Assembly: GCA_963797095.1 (NCBI GenBank)
Contig: CAWCNY010000004.1
Span: 352,001-416,000, forward strand
DNA: 64,000 nt
DNA from: an uncultured Chloroflexia bacterium
GTDB lineage: Bacteria; Chloroflexota; Chloroflexia; QHBQ01; JADMIH01
Direction: 5' to 3'
The number at the start of each line of letters is the position of its first letter. Positions within the stretch are counted from its first letter, which is position 1. Made by a program: the position numbers and the translations under genes. The notes beneath the pieces were generated by a model. It made no database searches. It had not been told where the DNA came from and saw only the letters and a list, made by a program, of their open reading frames with translations. This document shows positions 21,183 through 31,183 of this stretch, piece by piece.

Positions 21183-21512
21183 ATGAAAGCAGTAGTGGCC
21201 GTAGTCCAGGGCCAGGACACAATAAAGCTGGGGAACGCTCTCCGTCAAAAGGGCATCCCCTTCACTACCATCGACAGCACGGGTGGCTTCCTGCGCGAGC
21301 GCAACTCCACCTTCATGATCGGTATGCCCGACGAGAATCTCCAGAACGTACTCGACGTGATTTCGGATAGTTGCCACACGCGCAATGAATACGTCTCGTC
21401 CTACCCCTCAGCCTTCGACCCTGCCGAATTCTACATGCCCCGCCCTATAGAAGTGCAGGTAGGCGGTGCCTCTGTCTGGGTCCTCGACGTAGAACGCTTC
21501 GAACCCCTCTGA
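21183..21512 (+). CDS. darA: Cyclic-di-AMP receptor, PII-like (DarA/PstA)
   Basis: AVVQGQD, STGGFLRERNSTFMIG, EVQVGGASVWVLDVERF. Confidence 0.88.
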   Translation: MKAVVAVVQGQDTIKLGNALRQKGIPFTTIDSTGGFLRERNSTFMIGMPDENLQNVLDVISDSCHTRNEYVSSYPSAFDPAEFYMPRPIEVQVGGASVWVLDVERFEPL

Positions 21513-21711
21513 AGGGTAGCGAGTTCAAATTCCCCACTACTCGCGTCTCGCCACTCGCGTCTCGGTACTCGTCACTCGTAACTCTCACACGTCAGTATGA
21601 TATAATAGAGTTTACGTGCGGCCTCGGCTCCCACTTGGGCCGCTTTCTTGTGGAAACAACCTTACGCTTCCAGCGTACTAATATCCCCGATTGGATGGGT
21701 TCTAAGACAAA

Positions 21712-22143
21712 ATGCCGGAGTTCCTGAATCAAGTAGCTTCTTTCTTACAGTTCTTCCTCGCCTGCACAGGCGCATATCTCCTAGCTCTCTATTTTGCCAG
21801 CATAGTTTGGGCTTACCGCGACATCACAGCCCGCACCCGAGACGTATTTTCAATCACCCTCGGCCTGGGTCTGGTTATCCTCGTCCCCTTCGCTGGCCTC
21901 GTCCTCTATCTCGTCCTCAGGCCCAAAGAAACCCTCTCCGAGGCATACGAACGCGCCCTCGAAGAAGAATATCTCCTCCAGGATATAGAAGATACCGAGC
22001 TATGCCCATCGTGCAAGCGCCGCGTCCAGGGCGACTACCTGTTTTGCCCCCATTGCCGCACCAAGCTCCGCGACGAATGCGAGAATTGCGGTCGCCCAAT
22101 AAGCGTCCGCTGGGCCGCCTGCCCCTACTGCGGCAAACAATAG
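21712..22143 (+). CDS. Membrane-anchored double zinc ribbon protein
   Basis: Two TM helices, WAYRDI, LRPKETL; four CxxC motifs. Confidence 0.85.
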   Translation: MPEFLNQVASFLQFFLACTGAYLLALYFASIVWAYRDITARTRDVFSITLGLGLVILVPFAGLVLYLVLRPKETLSEAYERALEEEYLLQDIEDTELCPSCKRRVQGDYLFCPHCRTKLRDECENCGRPISVRWAACPYCGKQ

Positions 22144-22144
22144 C

Positions 22145-23101
22145 CTACCATCTCGGCCACGCTTCAACTGCCTCAGCCCGCAGCTTCACATAGCTCTCGT
22201 ATCGCGATAGCGCGATCTTCCCACTCTCCACAGCCCCTCTGACAGCGCATCCTGGCTCAGCCAGGTGCGCGCAATCGCTGAACCTGCACTCACCCAGAAA
22301 TGGGCGGAACTCAGGAAAGCAGTGCGGCAAATCCTCCGGCGGAATCAGCCACAATCCCACCTCCCGCAGCCCTGCCGTATCCGCCACCGAAGCCCCACCC
22401 GGCAACCTGATCAGGTACCCGCCCACTGTCGTATGCCGCCCTTTCCCATACGCCTCGCTTACGCGCCCCACCTTCAACCGCAATCCCGAATACAAAGCAT
22501 TGAGCAAACTCGACTTCCCCACACCAGACGGCCCCACAAATACAGATTCCTTCCCCTCCAACGCCTCCCTCAACCGCACCAATCCCTCCCCCGTTTCCAC
22601 GCTGGTGTAATGCACTGCGTAACCCGCCTCTTCATAAGGCCGCATCTCCACCCATATCGTCTTCTCACCATCCCCCTCTACCTCGCTACTCGCGTCTCGC
22701 GGCTCGCTACTCCCGGCAAGGTCCATCTTATTGATCACAATCTGCGCCACCAGGTCGTTAGCCTCCACCACAGCCAGGAACCTGTTGAGAGTAGCAGCAT
22801 TGAAAGCGGGCTGCGAGGCGGCAAACACCACCACCACCTGGTCGACATTGGCAATCAACACCTGCCTGCGCATCACCTTCCCCGCCGCCCGCCTTGCCAG
22901 CACGCTTCGCCTGGGCAATACCTCCGCGATAGCATAAGCGTCCCCCACCGCCTCAATCCGCACAAAGTCGCCCACAGCGGGAGGGTCCGCCCCGAATAGC
23001 CTCCCCCGGATCGCACACTGGATTGTCCTCTCCCCAACTTGCACCGTGGCAACATCCGCATACAACCTGATGATCTGCCCCCTGTTAGTACTCTGTGCCA
23101 A
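22145..23101 (-). CDS. rsgA: Ribosome small subunit-dependent GTPase A
   Basis: AVGD, ANVDQ, NKMD, GPSGVGKSSLLN, GRHTT, DTAG, CRFSDCAHLAEPGC. Confidence 0.95.
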   Translation of the reverse strand: MAQSTNRGQIIRLYADVATVQVGERTIQCAIRGRLFGADPPAVGDFVRIEAVGDAYAIAEVLPRRSVLARRAAGKVMRRQVLIANVDQVVVVFAASQPAFNAATLNRFLAVVEANDLVAQIVINKMDLAGSSEPRDASSEVEGDGEKTIWVEMRPYEEAGYAVHYTSVETGEGLVRLREALEGKESVFVGPSGVGKSSLLNALYSGLRLKVGRVSEAYGKGRHTTVGGYLIRLPGGASVADTAGLREVGLWLIPPEDLPHCFPEFRPFLGECRFSDCAHLAEPGCAVRGAVESGKIALSRYESYVKLRAEAVEAWPRW

Positions 23102-23358
23102 ATGCCCCCCTTTAACCAATTCAATCCAATCAACCTCGTTCTACTCACGCGTGCATTATAGTTAGCCGCCGCCTGCGCCGTCAATCGGTTAACAGGAAAG
23201 CATCTATTTGTATCCTGATGTGTTAGAGAGCATGACAGATGGTACGTTCTCTGCTATACTCGAAGCCGTGCGCGTGTCATTGGCTGGCATTCTTGCCCGT
23301 TCATCAATGCTGCGCACGTGTCTTGTCGTGCCCATAACCCTCTCTAAAGGAAGATCAA

Positions 23359-24536
23359 ATGACCTCGACCCTCTGGCGCCGTTCGTTCTTGCTTGTCCTG
23401 CTCCTCGTCAGCTTCTCGTCGATTTCTGCCCCGACCGGTCGCCCCGAGGATCGTGGGGTAGCACACGCGCTGGCGAACCCCAACCCGCTCTTCGGCTTCC
23501 TGACGTCCCCCTCGCAACCGCCAGTACCGCCAATTACGCTTTCGCCACCACCACCGACGCCACTTCCACCAACACAGCTGTCGTCACGTCCACCGCCACA
23601 CCCACTTCCTCATCTACGATGACTTTCACATCAACCCCAACCAACTCCCCAACTCCAACCTCCACCAACACCGTCACCCCAGCCACTACTAACTCACCTA
23701 CTCCCATCGATAGTTACACAGCCACCCCCGCCCACACCCAAACGCCTACCCTGCCTCCCACAAGCACCGTCCCGGCCGCCACCAATACAGCAACAGCTAC
23801 CCCCTCCCCAACAGGAACGCTAATGATCGAACCCACCGCCACACAATCAAGCACAGCCACAAGCGTACCGTCCAGCACCACCACTTCCACACCGACCCCG
23901 ACCCCCTGCATCATCATCTTCAGCGACGTACTCCCGACCGACTGGTTCTACAACTACATCCAGTGGATGTACTGCCATTCAGTCGTCACCGGCTACACAA
24001 CCTCTCCACCCTGCTCTCCCGCCCAGGCCCCATGCTTCCTCCCCGCCAATCCCACCACCAGGGGCCAGATGGCAAAGATAGTGATACTCGCCTTCAACTT
24101 CCCGCCCAACACTACAGGCGGCCCACACTTCTCAGATGTCCCGGCGTCCTCCAACTTCTATGCCTACATCGAGACCGCCCGCAACCTGAGTCTAGTCGGT
24201 GGCTACCCCGATGGCACCTATCGCCCAGCCAACAACGTTACCAGCGGCCAGATAGCCAAGATGGTGGTCTCAGCCGCCATCGCCGCCGACCCCGCCCACT
24301 GGACCCTCCAAAACCCGCCCACCAATACCTTGCAGGACATCCAGCCGGGCTCCACCTTCTACGACTACATCGAAACCGCCTTCACCCACCAAATACTCGC
24401 GGGCTACCCATGCGGCGCACCCCCTGCCGGACCATGCTCCTCACCCGCCAATAAGCCCTATTACCTGCCAAACTCACAAGCCACCAGGGCCCAAATCTCC
24501 AAAATAACCTACCTGGCAGCCACCTACGACAGGTAG
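23359..24536 (+). pseudogene. Secreted Thr/Pro-rich protein with SLH domains; signal peptide out of frame
   Basis: ATG 23359 (RBS AAGGAAG) encodes a signal peptide but stops at 23622. The SLH motifs (FSDV, TRGQMAK, GYPDGTYRP, TRAQISK) are in the 23208 frame. Confidence 0.65.
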
Positions 24537-24548
24537 ACGGTAGTCGGA

Positions 24549-24588
24549 ACCAGGAACTTGCACCTTGCAACTTGGAACTTGCAACTTT
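24549..24588 (+). repeat. Degenerate GGAACTT/GCAACTT heptamer array
   Basis: ggaacttgcaccttgcaacttggaacttgcaactt. Confidence 0.7.
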
Positions 24589-24710
24589 CGTCCTTCGCCC
24601 TCCCTCCCCTTGCCCCATCTCGTGATTTCCTTTACAATGAATCGGTATCCCCAATGAAGGGGATACACAAAATCGGCTTCATCACTGCATGAAAAACAAG
24701 GGGGTTCTAT

Positions 24711-26297
24711 ATGCAGGACACAATGCAGGCCGCCGGCCCGCAACTCGACATCGACATCGACCCAGATAGGCATAACCTGCCCACCGCCCTCCTCTACGAA
24801 CACGCCATCCGCAACAATGAAGGCCTGCTCGCGGCCGATGGTGCCCTCGTGGTCAGCACAGGACAATACACAGGCCGCTCGCCCAAAGACAAGTTTGTCG
24901 TAAAAGAGCCGTCAAGCAACTCCAAAATATGGTGGGGACCGGTCAACCAACCGCTCAGCGAGGAGCATTTCGACCACCTCCACCACCGCATGATCGACTA
25001 CCTCAAGGGTAAGAAGCTCTACGTACAGGATGTCTTCGTAGGAGCCGACCCTGACTACAGACTCTCCGTCCGTATCTACACCGAAACCGCCTGGGCCAAC
25101 CTCTTCGCCCGCAACCTCTTCATCAGGCCCACCCCTCACGAGCTAGCCACCTTCACCCCTGATTTCGCCGTGGTCAACGTGCCATCCTTCAAGGCCGGGC
25201 CCTCCGAAGAAGGCACCCGCACAGAGACATTCATCGCCCTCAACCTTGCCCAGAAGTTGGTACTCATTGGCGGTACCGAATACGCGGGCGAAATTAAGAA
25301 GAGCATGTTCACAGTAATGAACTACGTCCTTCCCATGCGCGGCGTCATGCCAATGCACTGCTCCGCCAACATCGGCCCCGATGGCTCAACTGCCCTCTTC
25401 TTCGGCCTATCCGGCACAGGCAAAACCACCCTCTCCGCCGACCCTTCCCGCACTCTCATAGGCGACGACGAGCACGGTTGGAGCGAGCGCGGCGTCTTCA
25501 ACTTTGAAGGTGGTTGTTACGCAAAAGTAATCAAGCTCTCCAAAAAAGCTGAGCCAGCCATCTGGCGCGCCTCTCACACATTCGGCACCGTGCTCGAAAA
25601 CGTCGTGATAGATCCGGAGACCCGCCAGCTTAACCTCGACAGCGACGCTCTCACCGAAAACACCCGCTCTGCCTACCCTATCGACTTCATCTGGAACGCC
25701 TCGCCAACCGGCATGGGCAGCCACCCCAGAAACGTTCTCATGCTCACCGCCGATGCCTTCGGCGTTATGCCTCCTATCGCCAAGCTCACTCCCGAACAGG
25801 CTATGTACTACTTCCTCTCAGGCTACACCGCCAAGCTGGCAGGCACCGAGCGCGGCGTCACCAAGCCCGAACCCGAATTCTCCACCTGCTTCGGCTCCCC
25901 CTTCCTTCCCCTCCCGCCCATGACCTACGCTCGCATGCTCGGTGAAAAGATATGGGAGCATGGCTCCGACGTATGGCTCGTAAACACCGGGTGGACCGGC
26001 GGACCATATGGTATGGGCCATCGCATGAGCATCGCCTACACACGGGCCATGGTTACCGCCGCCCTCGACGGCTCGCTCGCAAAAGTCCCCACCCACGTCG
26101 ACCCAATCTTTGGCATCCACGTGCCTACCAGTTGTCCTGGCGTCCCATCCGAGGTCCTCTGGCCCAAGAACACCTGGTCCGACCACAACGCCTACGACGA
26201 AGCAGCACACAACCTGGCGCTTCGCTTCCAGGAAAACTTCGCCCAGTTCCAGGATCAAGTCACAGCAGAGGTGCGCAACGCGGGTCCCAAAGTCTGA
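24711..26297 (+). CDS. pckA: Phosphoenolpyruvate carboxykinase (ATP)
   Basis: TGRSPKDK, YAGEIKK, MHCSAN, FFGLSGTGKTTLS, LIGDDEHGW, NFEGGCYAK. Confidence 0.97.
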   Translation: MQDTMQAAGPQLDIDIDPDRHNLPTALLYEHAIRNNEGLLAADGALVVSTGQYTGRSPKDKFVVKEPSSNSKIWWGPVNQPLSEEHFDHLHHRMIDYLKGKKLYVQDVFVGADPDYRLSVRIYTETAWANLFARNLFIRPTPHELATFTPDFAVVNVPSFKAGPSEEGTRTETFIALNLAQKLVLIGGTEYAGEIKKSMFTVMNYVLPMRGVMPMHCSANIGPDGSTALFFGLSGTGKTTLSADPSRTLIGDDEHGWSERGVFNFEGGCYAKVIKLSKKAEPAIWRASHTFGTVLENVVIDPETRQLNLDSDALTENTRSAYPIDFIWNASPTGMGSHPRNVLMLTADAFGVMPPIAKLTPEQAMYYFLSGYTAKLAGTERGVTKPEPEFSTCFGSPFLPLPPMTYARMLGEKIWEHGSDVWLVNTGWTGGPYGMGHRMSIAYTRAMVTAALDGSLAKVPTHVDPIFGIHVPTSCPGVPSEVLWPKNTWSDHNAYDEAAHNLALRFQENFAQFQDQVTAEVRNAGPKV

Positions 26298-26325
26298 CCC
26301 ATACTTTCAACCTTAATCACAAATG

Positions 26326-26368
26326 ACATACAACAGGGGCGGGTTTGAAACCCGCCCCTGTTGTATGT
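26326..26368 (+). terminator. 21-bp perfect inverted repeat after pckA (REP-like/terminator)
   Basis: ACATACAACAGGGGCGGGTTT-G-AAACCCGCCCCTGTTGTATGT. Confidence 0.75.
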
Positions 26369-26506
26369 TGCCCAGCACATTACCAAAGTCACCCCGTCAC
26401 TTACTTTCTCCATTCCTCTGTAATGACTTTGCCCTCTCACATCTAAGGCACTGCCAGTGGTAGGCTAAAAACAAGACATGAATTCACCCCCACTGAGGAG
26501 AAAAAG

Positions 26507-27490
26507 GTGACACTAGAAACAATAACATCGCAAAGAATTGGCGCAATTACGGCCCCAGCACCCCGGCCAACCGCCGAATCAGTGATCATCATCCAGGACC
26601 TTCGCGTATCCTACGGCACCGTGAAGGCCGTACAGGGCATCAGCTTCCAGGTCAAGCCAGGCGAGATTTTCGGCCTCGTCGGCCCAAATGGCGCGGGCAA
26701 GACCACCACCCTCTCGGTCATCGAAGGCATTGTAAAGCCCGACTCCGGCACTGTTTTCGTACTCGGCTATGATGTTCAGAAGCACCCGACCGAAGTGAAG
26801 GTACGCCTCGGCATCAGCCTCCAGAGCACCTCCTTCTTCGACAATCTCAAGGTCTGGGAGCTGATCGAGCTCTATGCTGGCCTCTACGAAGTCTATCTGA
26901 GCAGAGAACAGATCGACGAGCTGTTATGCCGCTTCGAGCTTCAAGAGAAAGCCAATGTGTTGGCCTCCCAATTGTCGGGCGGCCAGCAGCAGCGTCTCGC
27001 CCTCGCCCTTGCCATAGCCAACAACCCCCAAATCGTCGTCCTCGACGAGCCGACCACCGGCCTCGACCCCCAGGCCCGCCGGGCGGTCTGGGACATCATT
27101 CGCAACCTGCGCGACGAGGGCCGCACCCTCCTCCTGACCACCCACTATATGGAGGAAGCCCAGGAGCTTTGCAACCGCGTCGGGATTATCGACAGGGGCG
27201 AGCTAATTGCCCTCAACACTCCCGGCGGCCTGATCAACAGCCTCAAGGCCGAAAGCGTAGTGACCGTCACCGACCAGTTCCCCTTGTCCGACGTGCAGGA
27301 ATTGCCCGCTGCGTCGTCCGCACACTACGAAGCAGATCGACTTGTAGTCCACACCACCAACGTCCAGGAAACGGTCCTCGGCCTCCAAAAGCTGGCCGTA
27401 GAGCATCGCCAGCTCCTGAGCGACCTGACAATAAGGCAACCCGACCTCGAAGATGTATTTATCGCCCTCACAGGCAGAAACATAAGATAA
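26507..27490 (+). CDS. ABC exporter ATP-binding protein
   Basis: GPNGAGKTT, LSGGQQQR, VVLDEPTTGLD, TTHYMEEA. Confidence 0.95.
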   Translation: MTLETITSQRIGAITAPAPRPTAESVIIIQDLRVSYGTVKAVQGISFQVKPGEIFGLVGPNGAGKTTTLSVIEGIVKPDSGTVFVLGYDVQKHPTEVKVRLGISLQSTSFFDNLKVWELIELYAGLYEVYLSREQIDELLCRFELQEKANVLASQLSGGQQQRLALALAIANNPQIVVLDEPTTGLDPQARRAVWDIIRNLRDEGRTLLLTTHYMEEAQELCNRVGIIDRGELIALNTPGGLINSLKAESVVTVTDQFPLSDVQELPAASSAHYEADRLVVHTTNVQETVLGLQKLAVEHRQLLSDLTIRQPDLEDVFIALTGRNIR

Positions 27491-27520
27491 CAGACCTCAA
27501 CCTGACACAGGAGACCGACA

Positions 27521-28336
27521 ATGGCAACCACAGCAGTTACAATGCAGAGAAGCGGCTCAACAAGCGGATCGCTAAAGCGATTTCTACTTCTGTTGAACTC
27601 CAACCTTCTTATGTTCCTCCGCAACAGGGCGGCAACCTTCTGGATCATCGTCTTCCCCATAGGCTTGATGCTCGTACTCGGTGCGATGTACGGCAATGAA
27701 AAGTTCGATCCCACAGACCCCAACTCCCTGACCGCCATCAGCTTTATCACACCCGGCCTTATAGTACTCAGCTTGATGTCCAATGGCCTGGTTGGCAACG
27801 CTACCTCCATGGCCCAGCTTCGCGAGAAAGGAATTTTGCGCCGCATACAAACTACCCCCCTCCCAGTATCGCACCTGATCCTCTCACGCGTCCTGATGCA
27901 GACCATCATTATGGTCGGCCAGGCCGCCATCATGACCGCCACCAGCATCCTGGTTTTCACTGCACGCTATGACGTGGCCGGGCTAATCGAAGCCATTCCC
28001 TGGATAATCCTGGGAGCCATCCTCTTCATGGCTATCGGGCAGGCAGTGGCCGCCCTGGTCCGCAAGGTTGAGACCGTATCCGTCGTCTCTCAGGTTGTCA
28101 ACTTTCCTCTAATGTTCCTCGGCACCCTCTGGATACCCGCCAGCTCCATGCCCGACTGGCTGCAAGCTGTAAGCAAATTCCTCCCCAGCACAATGGTAGC
28201 CGACCTCGTAAGGACCCCCATGCTTGCAGCCATCCAGTATGAGCCAAGCATACCCCTCCTATTCGCCTTCCTGGGCATAATAGCCTACCTTGTAGCCGCA
28301 ATAGCCCTATCCACCCGCTACTTCAAGTGGAACTAA
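27521..28336 (+). CDS. ABC-2 type exporter permease
   Basis: REKGILRRIQTTP; about six TM helices; SMPDWLQ. Confidence 0.9.
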   Translation: MATTAVTMQRSGSTSGSLKRFLLLLNSNLLMFLRNRAATFWIIVFPIGLMLVLGAMYGNEKFDPTDPNSLTAISFITPGLIVLSLMSNGLVGNATSMAQLREKGILRRIQTTPLPVSHLILSRVLMQTIIMVGQAAIMTATSILVFTARYDVAGLIEAIPWIILGAILFMAIGQAVAALVRKVETVSVVSQVVNFPLMFLGTLWIPASSMPDWLQAVSKFLPSTMVADLVRTPMLAAIQYEPSIPLLFAFLGIIAYLVAAIALSTRYFKWN

Positions 28337-28362
28337 CCACAAACCAACAACACTTCCTGACC

Positions 28363-28725
28363 TCGTATGGGCACCCCTTGTGGGCAATGTTGTACCGTAA
28401 GAGATCAGCATAGAAATACCGATTGTAAGATGTACCCCTTGCAAGTACCCGATGGAATGCCACCCAAGCCAAGTCCCGAAGGGACGCAAGAGAGTAGCCC
28501 AGGGCGTAAGCCCTGTGGATCGCACAACCACCCAAAGCAAGTAGTCCCGTAGGGACGTAAGAGCATCTGGCATTGCATCATACAGGACTGCAGAGATCTT
28601 GTTCTTACGCCCCTTCTGGACCATGTTGGGATGGTCTACAAACAGGACACCAGTTAGCAGTGCCCGCACTTGGGCCACGTTCGTGGGTTTATGCGACCAC
28701 GCTGCCCCTAGTGGGTGCCCTGGCG
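28363..28725. repeat. Cluster of REP-like palindromes
   Basis: GGGCACCCCTTGTGGGC, GTCCCGAAGGGAC, CAGGGCGTAAGCCCTG, GTCCCGTAGGGAC, GCCCCTAGTGGGTGCCC. Confidence 0.65.
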
Positions 28726-28794
28726 GAGAGGAATTGAGATATACGAGTAGTCCACCCCCAAAAGGAATGCCCCTGCCCCAAAACCACCCGAAAT

Positions 28795-28923
28795 TACACC
28801 CCAAAATCTGTCCAGTTTTATCTCACCAATGCCCTATATTAAGTAGAGCCGAGTCCAACTACCGACCACGAATCAATCACCGGAAATCCAAAAAACCACA
28901 AACACACATACCATAGTAGACAC
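28795..28923 (+). repeat. ~128-bp dispersed element, copy 1
   Basis: Ungapped match to 47203 onward: 36/44 identical at the 5' end, then a shared AGTCCAAC. Confidence 0.7.
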
Positions 28924-28955
28924 CTAGCCACCCCAGTCCCCCAAGAATCCTCACA

Positions 28956-29018
28956 CTACCGGCTACCGGCTCCCGGCTCCCGGCTCCCGGCTACCGGCTA
29001 CCGGCTACCGGCTACCGG
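28956..29018 (+). repeat. Heptamer tandem array (CTMCCGG)x9
   Basis: Six CTACCGG and three CTCCCGG units just upstream of TGCTATAAT (29028-29036). Confidence 0.92.
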
Positions 29019-29050
29019 CTACCACCATGCTATAATCAAAGGTAAAGACA

Positions 29051-30520
29051 ATGGACACCGACCCAACAAATACAAACGAAGTCTGCCTGCAAGACGAAGA
29101 CATGCCCTCCATAGTGAACACGATCCTCGTCTTCTTCTACGCGGTAGCATGGCTCGACCTGATAGTAATCTCCTATGGCGTTGTTAGCTTAGACCCCGCC
29201 GGAATCACCCGCTACATCCTTCCTCTTCTCTGCTACTGCCTGGTCCTCCTCACCTATCCGATCCTCAACTGGCGGCGCTTCCGTAGCGGTCGGGGCAAGC
29301 TGAGCGACCTTGTATGGGGCTACCGCTTCCAATCCCGCTACATTATTCTGTTCCTGCTGGCAAACTTCCTGGTAGTCGCCTGGCTCAGTGCGCTCAACGA
29401 GAACTTCGTCAACCTCTACTTCATGATCTTCGGCATAACCGCCGGTATGCTCGGCAAACGCCGCGCCGTCTGGCCCGTGATTGTAGTCGAGCTAATCGCC
29501 TTCGGCATCCAGTCCGGCCTCTGGCAGGAATGGCAGCAAACCGGCTTCAATGTCTTCACGCCCGACGCGGGCGGCTTTATCCTCGGCCTGGTCATCTTCG
29601 TCGCTTACGTGATCATGATCCAGGCCCTCATCTCCTCCCGCATCAAGAGCGAAGCTCTCGTGCTGCAACTAACCGCCACCCAGAAGCGCCTTGAAGAGGC
29701 CCTGCCCAGGGAAAAAGAGGTAGCAGTCCTCCGCGAGCGCGACCGCATGGCTCGCGAGATGCACGACGTGCTTGGCCACGCCCTTGTCCTCATAGCGGTC
29801 AAGATCGAGGCTGCCCAGCGCCTGCAAGTCGTAGATCCGGCGCGCTCCGCCGCCGAGCTTGAGGCCACTAAAGAACTTGTCCGCCAGAGCATGTCCGACC
29901 TCCGCGCTTCCCTGGCCGACCTGCGCGGCCCCGATTTCGATGCGGGCAGTAAGCCCCTCAGTCAGTCGCTTAAAGAGTGGGCCAACCGTACCGCCGCTGA
30001 GGGCAAGTTCGCGATCAGCGTCAATCTCGAACCCGAAGCAAACGCCTTTCCTGTGCCCGTCCAGGATGCTCTCTGGCGCGTCGGGCGCGAGGCCGTCCTC
30101 AACGTAGTAAAACATGCTCGCGCTCACCACGCGGAAATCAACGTCTTCACCAAAGATGGCAGTGCAATCCTCACCGTCAGAGACGACGGCGAAGGCATCC
30201 CGCACCTTTCAGAGGGCCAGGCTCGCCTCGAAGTCGATGGGCACTACGGTATGCGTGGTATGCGTGAGCGCGTAGAGGCCCTGGGAGGCCGCCTGACAAT
30301 CAGGCCGGGCCGCGACGACCAGGGCACGCTGGTGATGGTCGCCATACCCCTGCCACCGATACCATCCTCGTCCCCCGGCAAGCCTCAAGGCTCCACGCTC
30401 CCCGGCACCTCAGTAACCGTCGGAGCTACCTCCTCAACCAAAGGCACAACCTTGTTATCGTCGCTGACCAACGGCCCTCGAGCAAAGCCCAAACGCGTGC
30501 CATCCAAGAAGGAACAGTAA
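29051..30520 (+). CDS. Membrane sensor histidine kinase (HisKA_3, DesK/NarX-like)
   Basis: TM helices; ERDRMAREMHDVLGH; EAVLNVVKHA; DDGEG; GMRGMRER. Confidence 0.93.
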   Translation: MDTDPTNTNEVCLQDEDMPSIVNTILVFFYAVAWLDLIVISYGVVSLDPAGITRYILPLLCYCLVLLTYPILNWRRFRSGRGKLSDLVWGYRFQSRYIILFLLANFLVVAWLSALNENFVNLYFMIFGITAGMLGKRRAVWPVIVVELIAFGIQSGLWQEWQQTGFNVFTPDAGGFILGLVIFVAYVIMIQALISSRIKSEALVLQLTATQKRLEEALPREKEVAVLRERDRMAREMHDVLGHALVLIAVKIEAAQRLQVVDPARSAAELEATKELVRQSMSDLRASLADLRGPDFDAGSKPLSQSLKEWANRTAAEGKFAISVNLEPEANAFPVPVQDALWRVGREAVLNVVKHARAHHAEINVFTKDGSAILTVRDDGEGIPHLSEGQARLEVDGHYGMRGMRERVEALGGRLTIRPGRDDQGTLVMVAIPLPPIPSSSPGKPQGSTLPGTSVTVGATSSTKGTTLLSSLTNGPRAKPKRVPSKKEQ

Positions 30521-31173
30521 TGGCGAGTACCAATATCAGGCTCCTCATATGCGAAGACCAGACCCTCATGCGCCAGGGTCTTGTGACCATCCTTGGCCTT
30601 GAGCCTGGCATAGAGGTAGTGGGGCAGGCAGGCAACGGCCAGGAAGCCCTCGATCAGGTCGCGGCCCTCAAGCCCGATATCGTCCTCATGGATGTGCAGA
30701 TGCCAGTCATGGACGGCGTAGAGGCCACCCGCCAGATCACAAGTCGCTACCCCGACACGCGCGTGATCATCCTGACCACTTTCGACTACGAGGAATACGT
30801 CTTCGAGGGCGTGAAGGCCGGCGCAATGGGCTATCTACTTAAAGACACTCCCGCGCCTGAGCTAATAAGCACCATCAGGCGCGTCCACGCAGGCGAGCGT
30901 TTCATCCAGCCCGCCGTAGCCAGCAAGATCCTCTTCGAGTTCGCCAGGACCACTGGACCCGAAGGACAATCCGGCGACTACGACCCCCTGAGCGAGCGCG
31001 AAATCGAGATAACAGGCAGGCTCGCCCAGGGTATGAGCAACCGCGAAATCGCCGATGACCTCGCCCTGGCCGAAGGCACGGTCAAGAACTACGTTTCCGC
31101 GATCCTGTCAAAGCTACACGCGGCTAACCGTGTGCAAGCCATCAACACCGCCCGCCGCCACAACATTATCTAG
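30520..31173 (+). CDS. NarL/LuxR-family response regulator
   Basis: DIVLMDVQMP, LTTF, GYLLK; HTH LSEREIE..GTVKNYVSAILSKL. Confidence 0.95.
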   Translation: MASTNIRLLICEDQTLMRQGLVTILGLEPGIEVVGQAGNGQEALDQVAALKPDIVLMDVQMPVMDGVEATRQITSRYPDTRVIILTTFDYEEYVFEGVKAGAMGYLLKDTPAPELISTIRRVHAGERFIQPAVASKILFEFARTTGPEGQSGDYDPLSEREIEITGRLAQGMSNREIADDLALAEGTVKNYVSAILSKLHAANRVQAINTARRHNII

Positions 31174-31183
31174 CCGCTGAGAA

